Assembly: GCA_002269645.1 (NCBI GenBank)
Contig: NIVC01000181.1
Coordinates: forward strand, 147,547 to 211,546
Direction of reading: 5' to 3'
Length of the DNA: 64,000 bases
Origin: Macrostomum lignano
Taxonomy: Eukaryota
In this document: positions 13,063 through 25,900 of the stretch, piece after piece
How positions within the stretch are numbered: the first letter of the stretch is position 1
Layout of the letters: the number at the start of each line of letters is the position of its first letter
Notes under the pieces: generated by a model
Seen by the model: only the letters and a program-made list of their open reading frames with translations
The model's database searches: none
What the model was told of the DNA's origin: nothing
Translations under genes and position numbers: made by a program

Positions 13063-16000
13063 CCAGACGCCAACCGGCCAAAACAGCGGCGGCCGCCGCC
13101 TGCCCGACTGGCTGCCGTGGCGCCTGCTGTCCCAGACGCGGCCATCCGAAAGCCGACGGCGCCGTCTTGCCCACGCCTCGGCCGTCTGCCTCCAGCTCGG
13201 CCTGCTGGCTCTGGCCGCCGCCGCTTCAGTCGGCAGTTGCTCCGGCGGAGGTGGCGGATCAAACTGGCGACTCCATCGGCACCTTCGCAGCGTCCTGTTC
13301 GACGGCGGTGGCCTCGGCCGCCAGGTGCCGTCGAACGCCACGCAGCCGTTGAGCTCCGCCCGCGACGCGGTTGCGTTCTGGCGCTGGTGCCGGCTGGCCC
13401 TGCTGCCCGGCCTCTACGGCACGGCCGGCCTGCTGAAGCCATCAGCGGGCGGGTCGGTCTTTGTCTACTCGCACGACGCCGCGCTTGTCTGGCCGTCAAC
13501 TGCGCCGCCGCGTCTGCGACGACTTCGAGGCGCGTCGGTCGCCTGCCCGAAGACGGTTGCGAGCGTCGTTGGTGGCAGCGGTTCCCCCGACTGTCTGGTC
13601 GATGATGCGGACCCGGCAGCTACGGGTGCAGCGGATGGCGCAGTTTCCGTGAGTCTTTGTTTGCTACATGCAGCTTCTTAGCTACAGTCTGTTTGCTATA
13701 TGTATCTTCTGAGCTGCAGTCTTTGTTTGCTACATATAGCTTCTGAGCTGGAGTCTTTGTTTGCCAGCTTCTGAGCTGGAGTCTTTGTTTGCTGTACGTT
13801 TGCTGCTTTTGATCTGCAGTCTATTTGCTATATGTAGCTTCTTAGCTGCAGTCTTTGTTTCTGAGCTGCAGTCTTTGTTTGCCACATATAGCTCTGAGCT
13901 GGAGTCTTTGTTTGCTGCATATAGCTTCTGAGCTGGAGTCTTTGTTTGCCTCATATAGCTTCTGAGCTAGAGTCTTTGTGCGGCAGTTGACTGACGCAAG
14001 TCCAAGGCGACAGTCAACCCACAGCCAACAAAGAGGCAAGCAGTCAGGTTCATTCCGCTGCCTACTGAGCGCTCACACAGGGTGTAAAAAGGCAGTTCGC
14101 AGTTGCGAAGAAACATCGCAGTGGCAAATAAAGTGTAAAAATGCTATAACAGTTTTATGAACTACCGATGCACTTTAATAGTACATCTCGTAGTGATGCA
14201 GCGCATAATGCACGAAATTCCACAGATCGGCTGCGGCTATTTAATACCAGCCCGTCAGAGTCCGTTCCTTCACTGTCTGGGCCGGCCTCGCTACCTGGAC
14301 TCGAACGTCACCGTTGCCATGGAAACCATCGATCAGCTAGCCCGCTCCGACTGGGCCTTCAATCGGCGCACCCGGGCAGTGGCCGTGGAGTTCTCGCTGT
14401 ACCAGCCGGGCCATCGGCTGCTGGCAGTGTGCCAAGCTCTACTAGAGCTGCCCACCATTGGTGCCGGCGTCTCCGAGCTCTACATCCGGGTGGCAACCGT
14501 GCGCGACTACGATCGCTGGCCAGTGGGAGACGCCCTGGCTCTGACGGCGGAGTTAGTAGCCCTGGTCACGGCATGCTTCCACGCCGGTCTGCTGCTTGTA
14601 CTGGCGCTGCGGTCCGGTGCTGACCGTTTTTGGCGAGCCTTGACGCCGTGCGTTCTGCTGGGCACGGCCGCGGCCGCTTTTCTGGTGCTGCCGCTGCGGT
14701 GCGCCTTCAACACCGAAGCTGCCAGATGGCTGATGCTGAGGCCCTCATCTGTGGTTGTTGACGACGTTGACCATGCGTTTCCGACGATGCTGAGGGCGGT
14801 GGAATCGGCCGAGGTTTGAATGCTTTGATGTTTGTCTTGAGAGAAATAATCAATGAAGTTGGTTGGCAATAGGGTAGGAAAGACAAGGCATGAGGTGAGT
14901 GTCGCGGGGTAGTAAAGATAAGGCGTGAGGTGGGTGTCGCGAGGGGTTGGAAAGTAAGGCGTGAGGTGGGTGTTGTGAGGGGTAGGAAAGATAAGGCGTG
15001 AGGTGGGTGTCGCGAGGGGAAGGAAAGATAAAGCGTGAGGTGGGTGTCGCGAGGGTGCGAGGGTTAGGAAAGTAAGGCGTGAGTTGGGTGTCGCGAGGGG
15101 TAGTAAAGATAAGGCGTGAGGTGGGTGTCGCGAGGGGAAGGAAAGATAAAGCGTGAGGTGGGTGTCGCGAGGGGTAGGAAAGTAAGGCGTGAGGTGGGTG
15201 TCGCGAGGGGTAGTAAAGATAAGGCGTGAGGTGGGTGTCGCGAGGGGTAGGAAAGATAAGACGTGAGGTGGGTGTCGCGAAGGGTAGGAAAGATAAGACG
15301 TGAGGTGGGTGTCGCGAAGGGTAGGAAAGATAAAAATTTTTCCGAGTTATTTAGACTTTGTCTTATTTGTCTTTAAACTTATACTTAAAGATAAATTTAC
15401 ATCTACAAAGAAGCTGTATGCCCTTTACCGTAATGCTACTATCTTCTCCGTTGTGTTGTTTTCAGACATTTACTAGCCTCCTCTCCATCCTCATCCTACT
15501 GTTCTGCATACGCTTGGTCCAGTTTGTCCAGCCCTCTGTCCTATCAGCAATCTCTCTACGTCGATCATCCAGCAGCCTAAAAGGCGTAGCGGCTGCCGTC
15601 TTGCTGCTATCTGCGGCTGGCACAATGTCGCTGCTGGCCGATGCTCTGGGGGCTGCCAGGGAAGCGCCGCATGTGCCGAGTTTTTGCTCGCTATTGATGT
15701 CGCTACTAGCGGCTTCATCGCGTGAGTTATTTTGTTCGGGACTGCAATTTTTACTTCTTTCTCTATCATTTACCCTTATACGGCTCGTGTATGTACTTTA
15801 CTGTTGTAGGCATAGAGATCGAGTGCTAGGGTTTGTGTCTGAAAGGCCTGGATAGCCAGGGCGTGAGGTGGGTTTCGGAAAGGCCTGGATAGCCAGGGCG
15901 TGAGGTGGGTTTCGGAAAGGCCTGGATAGCCAGGGCGCGATTTGGGTGTCGGAAAGGCCTGAATAGCCAGGGCGTGAGGTGGGTTTCGGAAAGGCCTGAA

Positions 16001-17436
16001 TAGCTAGGGTGTGAGGTGGGTTTCGGAAAGGCCTGGATAGCCAGGGTGTGAGGTGGGTTTCGGAAAGGCCTGGATAGCCAGGGTGTGAGGTGGGTTTCGG
16101 AAAGGCCTGGATAGCCAGGGCGTGAGGTGGGTGTCGGAAAGGCCGGGAGCCGGTGTCAAATCCGAGATCGAAATAGTAAGAATGCTACGATAGTCAATTT
16201 TCAAATCAAACCCCAAACCCTAAAAGTCCGCTCACGATGGGCAAGCTGGTTCTCCGGCGGGCCTCTGTCCATGGCGACGGCCCTTGTGCTGGCGGCGACC
16301 ATCGTGAGCGGCTTCCTGCTGGCCTGCCTGTTCCTGGCCGTGCTGCTCCGAGAGCGTCGAGCGGCCCGGCAGGGGGCGCATCGAGCGGCGACTGTTGAAG
16401 AGGACGGCGAGGCGGAGCTGGGGAGCACCCTGCTGGCCGTGACTGGCAGCTGGCTGCGCCGCCTTCTGCACCGTCTGGTGCCGGATCCCAGGCTCAACCT
16501 GTTCGAAGATTATGTGCACAAAACTGAGAGTAAGGCTCATAACCTAACTGTGATCACTAACTGTGACATTGTGACAATCTACCTCAAAGCACACATTCTT
16601 TTATCAACAGTCCACCTCAAAGCACTTACTCCATCCACCTCAAAGCACTCACTCCATCCACCTCAAAGCACTTACTCCATCCACCTCAAAGCACTCACTC
16701 CATCCACCTCAAAGCACTCACTCCATCCACCTCAAAGCACACACTCCATCCACCTCAAGCACTCACTCCATCCACCTCAAAGCACACACTCCATCCACCT
16801 CAAAGCACTCACTCCATCCACCTCAAAGCACACACTCCATCCACCTCAAAGCACACACTCCATCCACCTCAAAGCACACACTCCATCCACCTCAAGCACA
16901 CACTCCATCCACCTCAAAGCACACACTCCATCCACCTCAAGCACTCACTCCATCCACCTCAAGCACTCACTCCATCCACCTCAAGCACTCACTCCATCCA
17001 CCTCAAAGCACACACTCCATCCACCTCAAAGCACTCACTCCATCCACCTCAAAGCACTCACTCCATCCACCTCAAAGCACAAACTCCATTTGACTCAAAG
17101 CAGCTCAAAGCTTACCTGATCCACAATATCCCAGGCCGGGTCGCCAACAATCTGGAGAGAATATCGCTAATGCTTGAGCAGCTCCACTTGAGCATAGTGT
17201 GCCTGTACAGCGAGCACGACACGGACAGGGAGCTCGCAGACGAGCTGCTGACGGTGATGGAACAGCACAGCAGGCCAGTCAGGCTGGTGTTCCAGTCCGA
17301 GCATCCTACTGAATGGTCCGGCAAATGCTCAAGGAGTTCGAGGGCCAGCAGTGCGACTTCTGGAAGGACCAGCTTGCTGGGCCTGAGTCGCAGCGTGTCT
17401 GTTGCTGAGACCGAGGACACCGAGGCGAAAAACTGA
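13055..17436 (+). CDS. Polycystin-family (PKD1L/PKD2-like) channel-domain protein, ~680 aa; exons 13055-13648, 14226-14813, 15466-15721, 16227-16529, 17135-17436
   Basis: TOP-domain motifs PPRLRRLR and DWAFNRRTRAVAVEFSLYQPGHRLLAVCQALLELPTIG, followed by hydrophobic S2-S6-like helices. All four introns are GT-AG with matching phases (0,0,1,1) and the exons sum to 2043 nt. An acceptor at 13049 precedes the ATG, so the true start is uncertain. Confidence 0.78.
13650..13980. repeat. ~35-bp imperfect minisatellite starting at the donor of polycystin intron 1
   Basis: Units GAGTCTTTGTTTGC...GCTTCTGAGCTG. Confidence 0.88.
14880..15335. repeat. ~37-38-bp minisatellite (polycystin intron 2)
   Basis: GCGTGAGGTGGGTGTCGCGAGGGGTAGGAAAGATAAG. 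Confidence 0.95.
15835..16145. repeat. 37-bp minisatellite (polycystin intron 3)
   Basis: GGAAAGGCCTGGATAGCCAGGGCGTGAGGTGGGTTTC. Confidence 0.95.
16610..17100. repeat. 22-23-bp minisatellite (polycystin intron 4)
   Basis: ACTCCATCCACCTCAAAGCACTC. Confidence 0.96.
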
Positions 17437-18154
17437 TTGAGTGCTCAACAAAAAAGGACCGCAATTAAGATTAACAATTTCTTGTTGGAAGGGTAGAAGG
17501 AATGCAGGCGATTGATGTCTAATTTCGTTTCATTGTCTTCGAGCATGGGGCCAAAATGATCCGCAGTCCTCGTGTGGAATCGAACCTGGGTTCTTTAGCG
17601 CGAGAGAATCAGCTGTGGGGTGGGGCATGCCCCTCCTGTGCCCCTGTCCCCCTGTGCATCATTCATTGATCAATATGAGAAGATTGCTTCAACGCCAATA
17701 AGCTTTGAAAACCGTCTTGCTGTGTGCACAGTGACCTTTTTTATGAACAGTTTTATATCAGATTATTCTTTTTAAATGCAGCAGTTTTCTATGCCAACAA
17801 GCTTACCATGCTACTTATAATGCTTATCTTTGAGTAGCATTTAAGCGTAGTAAATCAACTTTTATTCACTTTTTTTCTCTTAGAAATGATCTCAATGAGC
17901 GCTGTTGTCTCCGAGTTGCAGATTGCCTTATAAATCGATATTTTTTTGTAGACAGAATCAAACAGAATTCACTTTCTATTCTAAACTTCTAAGCTACTAA
18001 AAGCTTTCTTATTAAGCATCTTCTTGGATTTGAGTTCTTTTCTCAAATGATAGAAATTAACCATTGAACTACGCTCGTAGCTATACTACTGATGAGTGAT
18101 ATCAGTAGGTAGATGCGAATGTAAAATAAAATTTTAGATGACACCTGTTAGACA

Positions 18155-18470
18155 GAGGTGATACCTGTTAGACAATGGTGATACCTGTTAGACAGTAGTG
18201 ATACCTGTTAGACAGTAGTGATACCTGTTAGACAGTGGCGATACCTGTTAGACAATGGTGATACCTGTTAGACAGTGGCGATACCTGTTAGACAGTGGTG
18301 ACGCCTGTTAGACAATGGTGATACCTGTTAGACAATGGTGATACCCGTTAGACAATGGTGATACCCGTTAGACAATGGTGATACCCGTTAGACAATGGTG
18401 ATACCTGTTAGACAATGGTGATACCTGTTAGACAGTGATGATACCTGCTGAAAACGGTGACATCTGCTCG
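18155..18470. repeat. 20-bp minisatellite
   Basis: ATACCTGTTAGACAATGGTG. Confidence 0.95.
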
Positions 18471-18957
18471 AAAATGGTAACACCAATAACTCAAATATAC
18501 TTTCTAGTCAAAACAAAAATCCTAAAATAGTTTATCCTTATTTTAGGCATTTTTATCCTTACTAATCTGATTTTGCTTCGGAGAGCCTCCGAACTTTTGC
18601 AAACGACATGAAGTTGGACTTTGCACTTAGACTCAAGGGAAGCACCTGCGGTTGATAAGAACACGAAAAGCACCAATATGAACCTCACAGATTGTATTCT
18701 GTGAAATTCTGTGGACTCACATTTGCTCCGACAACTTAATATTTGACAAGCACCTTTCTCCCTGCACAACTACAAATAAGAAAGTTCCAGGTGTGTCCTT
18801 TAAATTATACAGCTTTGCTTTAGAAATTTTCTGAAGCAGTAGAATAAATGCGCTTGTATTGTGATATAGAAAATTTTACTTACAAGAGACCTGACGAAGA
18901 GCCCAGAGGCTTAAAACCGGTAGTCTACTTTCAATTAAATAATTTACCACGCCGTGA

Positions 18958-19600
<643 letters not shown>

Positions 19601-20121
19601 CCATCTGATCTAATGGCCCGTCTCCTTGATCTCACAGCGTATAGATCGATAATGGCATTAATACTGACTGGTTGCCACGCCACATTGTGCAGAGGTTAAA
19701 AGAAAGCTCATCAGCCGAGCAGGAAAAGAAAGAGTTTGTTCCCAATGACAGTTTGGCTTAGCCAGTGGAAAGGAAACTCCTAAAGCCGTCCCCTTACGGG
19801 GGAGAGGGTAACTAGACGAGAAAAGAATTTAGCCAGCTAGCCCAAGCCACGGCCGCACTCGCATGCCTGTACTCGAGTCCTCCCTTCCTCTTGTGAATCA
19901 CTTGCCAGTGCGCACATTACTTTCAACTGGAGATCAGCAATTAACCTTTGCATCGGAATATAATATCTCTGGCAGGGACATGCTGCACATAAACTACACA
20001 TGCATGGACTAAATATCCCCCCCCCTGTTATTGTCGTTGTACACTGCCCTCGGAGGGCAAAAGCAAGTAAACATAAGGCAGAAATAGCAGTGAAAGGGTG
20101 AAGCGCACAGACAGAGTTGCA

Positions 20122-20188
<67 letters not shown>

Positions 20189-20449
20189 CTCGAAATCACG
20201 CCACCGTCTCGTGTGAGCACAGCAGGAGGGAGTGGTTCGGAGGGGGTAGGGTGGAGCGCCCATGACCGAAACGAGGCAGAGCATAAGAAGTATGATCGAT
20301 TCCAGAGCTCTGTACTCAAAGCTGTATGCACAGTTGGAGGCAGACGGGTTGAGGGGCGTTTTAAACTATAAATTTGCATATAAATCAACTATTATAAGTA
20401 AAGCTTCCGACTTTCAACTTACTGGCTAAAGGCGACCCTAGACCAAGTA

Positions 20450-20463
20450 GTTACCATGGCAAC
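20450..20463. promoter_or_regulatory. RFX X-box-like palindrome GTTACCATGGCAAC overlapping the DHCR7 ATG
   Basis: Same 14-mer as at 13049. Confidence 0.4.
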
Positions 20464-21789
20464 CAAACAGTTGAAACAAGCGGAAGGACCTTTGGTGCAA
20501 TTTATCAACCGAACAGTCATACCGCTGCTGCTCATCCTGCTGGTTCCGCAGTCGGTGATGTACCTGTGGTACGCTTCAGTCCACTGTCAGGGCAGCCTGA
20601 CCGAACTGGCAGATCGTCTGACCAATCGGGGTGGACCCGCGCTGGTCTGGGCGGCGGTGAGCGTCGCCAACCCGGCTGTCTACGCTGCCATCCTCGCCTT
20701 CTGCGCCTTCCAGGTGCTGCTGATGCTGCTGGTGCCGGGTAGGACCTGCTACGGCACCGAGACGCCCACAGGTCACGTGCCCGAGTACAAAGACAACGGA
20801 TTCGCGTGCTACCTCATCACCATGGCAACGTTCCTAGCTGGCACGGTCTATCTGAAGCAGCGCGGCCTGACTCCGACAGTGATTTATGATTATTACGGCG
20901 ACTTTCTGGCCTCCATGATTCTGCTGAGCTTGGCCTTCTGCTTGCTCCTGTGCGTCAAAGGCGTCCTGGCGCCGACATCGACTGATCACGGTCGGAGCGG
21001 CAACTACCTGTTCGACTATTACTGGGGCACCGAGCTCTACCCCAGAATATGCGGCATCGACATCAAGGTGTTCACCAACTGCCGCTTCGGTCTGACAGTC
21101 TGGGCCCTGGCTGTCGCTGTGTTCGCCTTGAAAAGCTACGAGTTGCACGGTCGAGTAGTTGACGGCATGGCGGTCACCGCAGCGCTGCAGCTGCTCTACC
21201 TCACCAAGTTCTTCTGGTGGGAGGCTGGCTATTATCGAACAATCGACATCATCACCGACAGAGCCGGATTCTACATCTGCTGGGGCTGTCTGTGCTTCGT
21301 GCCGAGTTTCTACACCCTGGTGAGTCTGTTCATGGTGCGCCAGCCGGAGCCGGTGGGACCCGCGTGGACAGCCGCCCTGCTGGGCTTCGGTCTGGCCAGC
21401 CTGGCCGTCAACTACTGGAGCGATTGGCAAAAGCAGGCGGCCAGAGCCGCGGACGGTCAGCTGAACATCTGGGGCCGGCCGGCGCGGGTGATCAGAGCCA
21501 AGTACAGCCTGGACAATGGCCAGGAGCGCCAGTCTGTACTGCTTGCAAGCGGATTCTGGGCGGTGTCCCGGCATTTCCACTACATCCCGGAGCTCAGCCT
21601 GACCCTGTGCTGGTCAGCTGTGTGCGGAACTGGCTGCCACATCATCCCCTACATGTACTTCGCGTTCCTCAGCGTACTGCTGTTCCATCGAAGCTTCCGC
21701 GACGATAAGAAATGCCGGGACAAGTACGGAAGTACTGGTCCGAGTACTGCAAACTGGTGCCGTACAAGATTGTGCCGCTCCTGTTCTGA
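20456..21789 (+). CDS. DHCR7: 7-dehydrocholesterol reductase (ERG4/ERG24 family, DWF5-like type), intronless; a 1-nt frameshift at ~21731 must be corrected to reach the native stop at 21787-21789
   Basis: Motifs DYYWGTELYPRI, DIKVFTNCRFG, TKFFWWEAGYYRTIDIITDRAGFYICWGCL, SRHFHYIPE and RDDKKCRDKYG. The shifted frame continues YWSEYCKLVPYKIVPLLF*, the canonical family C-terminus. Confidence 0.93.
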
Positions 21790-22431
21790 TTCCCTGCAAT
21801 TCACGGCCAGCTGAAGCAGAAGGACGCTGCAGTCGGCTTTCTTAGAAATACGACAAATACTTCAGTTGCTCGTTATGCAACCTTTCGTTATTAACTGATT
21901 TCATCTTGACTGTTTAACTAATGGCTTCTTCTTATCGAAAATATAGCGTTCTTAGTCCCAAAATAGTGAACTTTAAATGCGGCATGTTTTTTGTCGGTTT
22001 GTTACATTAGATTTTACACTACTAACAGTAGCTCAAGCGAAAAATGGTTGAAAATGTTTTTTTTTAAACGGAAGTAACTGAAAGTAACTGAAATGCTTTT
22101 TTAAAAAAACTGTCACAGATAAACAGGAAAACGAGTTGATTTGCTAGCAGATCTGGGGGCTGCTAATTGGATTTTTTCTGCTTGCCTGGCCATCTCCTTT
22201 TCGCTGATGTCCTTTCCTGTCTGCGTCCGGGCCTGTCTTTTGCGCAAGGCCGAACAGCAAGCCAAGAAGTCAATATCCGCCGCTGCCCAGTATTTACTAG
22301 AAATCCCTGTATATTCAATGTCAAAGTTAATTGAGCTCTGCCGAGAGAACCTCAACACAATTTCTCCCAGCTGATTAGTTTCTACGGTAGCTCAGAGCAG
22401 GGTGAACCGGAGCTCATGATTCAAGAGTAGT

Positions 22432-22965
22432 TGCTGGGCAGTGAGCTCTCGCTATGGGGTCAGCAACTGGGCAGTGAGCTCTCGCTATGGGGTCAGCAAC
22501 TGGGCAGTGAGCTCTCGCTATGGGGTCAGCAACTGGGCAGTGAGCTCTCGCTATGGGGTCAGCAACTGGGCAGTGAGCTCTCGCTATGGGGTCAGCAACT
22601 GGGCATTGAACTCTCTCGCTATGGGGTCAGCAACTGGGCATTGAACTCTCTCGCTATGGGGTCAGCAACTGGGCAGTGAGCTCTCTCGCTATGGGGTCAG
22701 CAACTGGGCAGTGAGCTCTCTCGCTATGGGGTCAGCAACTGGGCAGTGAGCTCTCTCGCTATGGGGTCAGCAACTGGGCAGTGAGCTCTCTCGCTATGGG
22801 GTCAGCAACTGGGCAGTGAGCTCTCTCGCTATGGGGTCAGCAACTGGGCAGTGAGCTCTCGCTATGGGGTCAGCAACTGGGCAGTGAGCTTTCGCTATGG
22901 GGTCAGCAACTGGGCAGTGAGCTCTCTCGCTATGGGGTCAGCAACTGGGCAGTGAGCTCTCGCAG
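22432..22965. repeat. 33/35-bp minisatellite ending at the AG immediately before the guanylate cyclase ATG
   Basis: GGGCAGTGAGCTCTCGCTATGGGGTCAGCAACT. Confidence 0.96.
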
Positions 22966-25900
22966 ATGGGAAATTGCATTAGAAGCCATTACCCTTATCC
23001 GGATCCTGTGCAGCAAGTTTATGGCCGGTGGCTGAATACTTCTCTTTCGCCTAATTGGCCCCAAGACAGTGAGGCCAATCGCAGAAGCAGACCGCCCGCA
23101 AGCATAAAAGCCGGCAGTTTCCCAACTGGTTCAAACTTCGCAGAAGCTGCCGAGATCGCAAAGACAATGTACGGCATCCTACTTGAAGGAGTCCAGCACT
23201 ATCTTGAGCACACCTATGGTGCTCAGGCTTGGGCAAAAATTCGTGAACTAGCCGAGTGTCGGCATCCCACATTCGAGACTCGACGCGGCTACAATGAGCA
23301 TCTGCTGATGCAGCTTTTTGAGGCCGCATCCAGCCTCACTGGCCTGACAGTCGATCAGCTGACATTTGAGAACGGCTGCTTCTTTGTCGGCTACCTGGCC
23401 AAGTACGGCTACGATAAAGTGCTGCGGGTCATGGGCCGCCACCTCAGGGACTTCTACCACGGCATTGACAATCTGCACGAGCACCTGCGCTTTTCATATC
23501 CGCGAATCCGACCGCCCACCTTCATTGTGGCCGACGAGAGTCCCACCGGTGCGGAGCGGGGTGGCTTGTAGCCTTCTAAACTCGACTGGCGCCTCTCTGT
23601 GTCTCACCTGGCGCTTATTTGTGTCTCACCTGTTCTGTCTCTGTGTCTCACCTGGCGCTTATTTGTGTCTCACCTGTTCTCTCTCTGTGTCTCACCTGGC
23701 GCTTATTTGTGTCTCACCTGTTCTCTCTCTGTGTCTCACCTGGCGCTTATTTGTGTCTCACCTGTTCTCTTTCTGTGTCTCACCTGTTCTCTCTCTGTGT
23801 CTCACCTGTTCTCTCTCTGTGTCTCACCTGTTCTCTTTCTGTGTCTCACCTGTTCTCTCTCTGTGTCTCACCTAACGCTTACCTGTGTCTCACCTGTTCT
23901 CTCTTTGTGTCTCACCTGGCGCTTATTTGTGTCTCACCTGTTATCTATCTGCGTCTCACCTGTTCTCTATCTGCTTCTCACCTGTTCTCTAATCTGCGTC
24001 TCACATGTTCTCTCTCTGTGTCTCACCTGTTCTCTCTCTATCTCAACTGGCGCTTATTTGTGTCTCACCTGTTCTCTCTCTGTGTCTCACCTGGCGCTTA
24101 TTTGTGTCTCACCTGTTCTCTCTCTGTGTCTCACCTGTTCTCTCTTTGTGTCTCACCTGGCGCTTATTTGTGTCTCACCTGTTATCTATCTGCGTCTCAC
24201 CTGTTCTCTATCTGCTTCTCACCTGTTCTCTAATCTGCGTCTCACATGTTCTCTCTCTGTGTCTCACCTGTTCTCTCTCTATCTCAACTGGCGCTTATTT
24301 GTGTCTCACCTGTTCTCTCTCTGTGTCTCACCTGGCGCTTATTTGTGTCTCACCTGTTCTCTCTCTGTGTCTCACCTGTTCTCTCTTTGTGTCTCACCTG
24401 GCGCTTATTTGTGTCTCACCTGTTATCTACCTGCGTCTCACCTGTTCTCTATCTGCTTCTCACCTGTTCTCTAATCTGCGTCTCACATGTTCTCTCTCTG
24501 TGTCTCACCTGTTCTCTCTCTATCTCAACTGACGCTTATTTGTGTCTCACCTGTTCTCTCTCTGTGTCTCACCTGTTCTCTCTCTGTGTCTCACCTGTTC
24601 TCTCTCTGTGTCTCACCTGTTCTCTCTCTGTGTCTCACCTGTTCTCTCTCTGTGTCTCACCTGTTCTCTCTCTGTGTCTCAACTGGCGCTTATTTGTGTC
24701 TCACCTGTTCTCTCTCTGTGTCTCACCTGGCGTCTCTCTGCATCTCACCTGGCGTCTCTCTGTGTGTCACCTTGCGTCTCACGGTGTCTCACCTGGCGCT
24801 TCTCTTTGTCTCACCTGGTGCCTATTAGTCTCACCTGGAAGTCTTATAATGAAGCCGTGACAATACTACAATACTTATCTGACCATCTGAAATTCCTCAA
24901 GGCCACTGCTACTCCAGTTGTCAATGGTCTCATCTGGGGGGGGACATGCCTGACGATTAGAAAGTCAGAGGACCCGCTGTACACCCGAAGGTGCTGCAAG
25001 CCGCCTTGACGCCCCCGACACCATTCCAGGCATGCGGATTCTGTACAAGACTCGCCGGCCCGGCTTCCAGCACTACGCCCGGGGCCAGCTGTACACCATA
25101 GCCAGAGTTCTCTACCAGCTGGAGCTGGACATTGGCCTCGTCGACAGTAGCCAGCAGGGCGCCTACAGCCTGTACGTGTACGAGCTCAGATTCGATAACG
25201 TGGCCTACTCGGGCGAGCACAGCACCGCTTATCGAATCATCGATCCCGATTCTTACGTTGTGCCCTACAGGGACTTCATCACCCTGTTCCCTTACTACCT
25301 GGCCTTGGACAGGAGCTTGACAGTCAGCGCTGCTGGCAGCGGGTTTGCCAACATCCTTGGCGAGGCTGCTGACGGGGTCCACTTTGGCATCAACTTCATG
25401 TTGATCAGGCCCTTCATCGACTGCTGCTGGGATGAGGTGAGACAGGCTGGCTGAGTCTGAAGTCTCATATCTGAGTTTATCTCACATCTGAATCTCACCC
25501 AGTCTCATCTCTGAAATCTCAACCAGTCTCACATCTGGAATCTCACCCAGTCTCACATCTGGAATCTCACCCAGTCTCACATCTGGAATCTCACCCAGTC
25601 TCACATCTGGAATCTCACTCAGTCTCATCTCTGAAATCTCAACCAGTCTCACATCTGGAATCTCACCCAGTCTCACATCTGGAATCTCACCCAGTCTCAC
25701 ATCTGGAATCTCACCCAGTCTCACATCTGGAATCTCACCCAGTCTCACATCTGGAATCTCACTCAGTCTCATCTCTGAAATCTCAACCAGTCTCACATCT
25801 GGAATCTCACCCAGTCTCACATCTGGAATCTCACCCAGTCTCACATCTGAAATCTCACCCAGTCTCACATCTGAAATCTCACCCAATCTCACATCTGGAA

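Noticed and set aside
17570-17620. B-box-like GGTTCGATTCC on the minus strand
   Set aside because: No A-box or cloverleaf; at most a SINE remnant.
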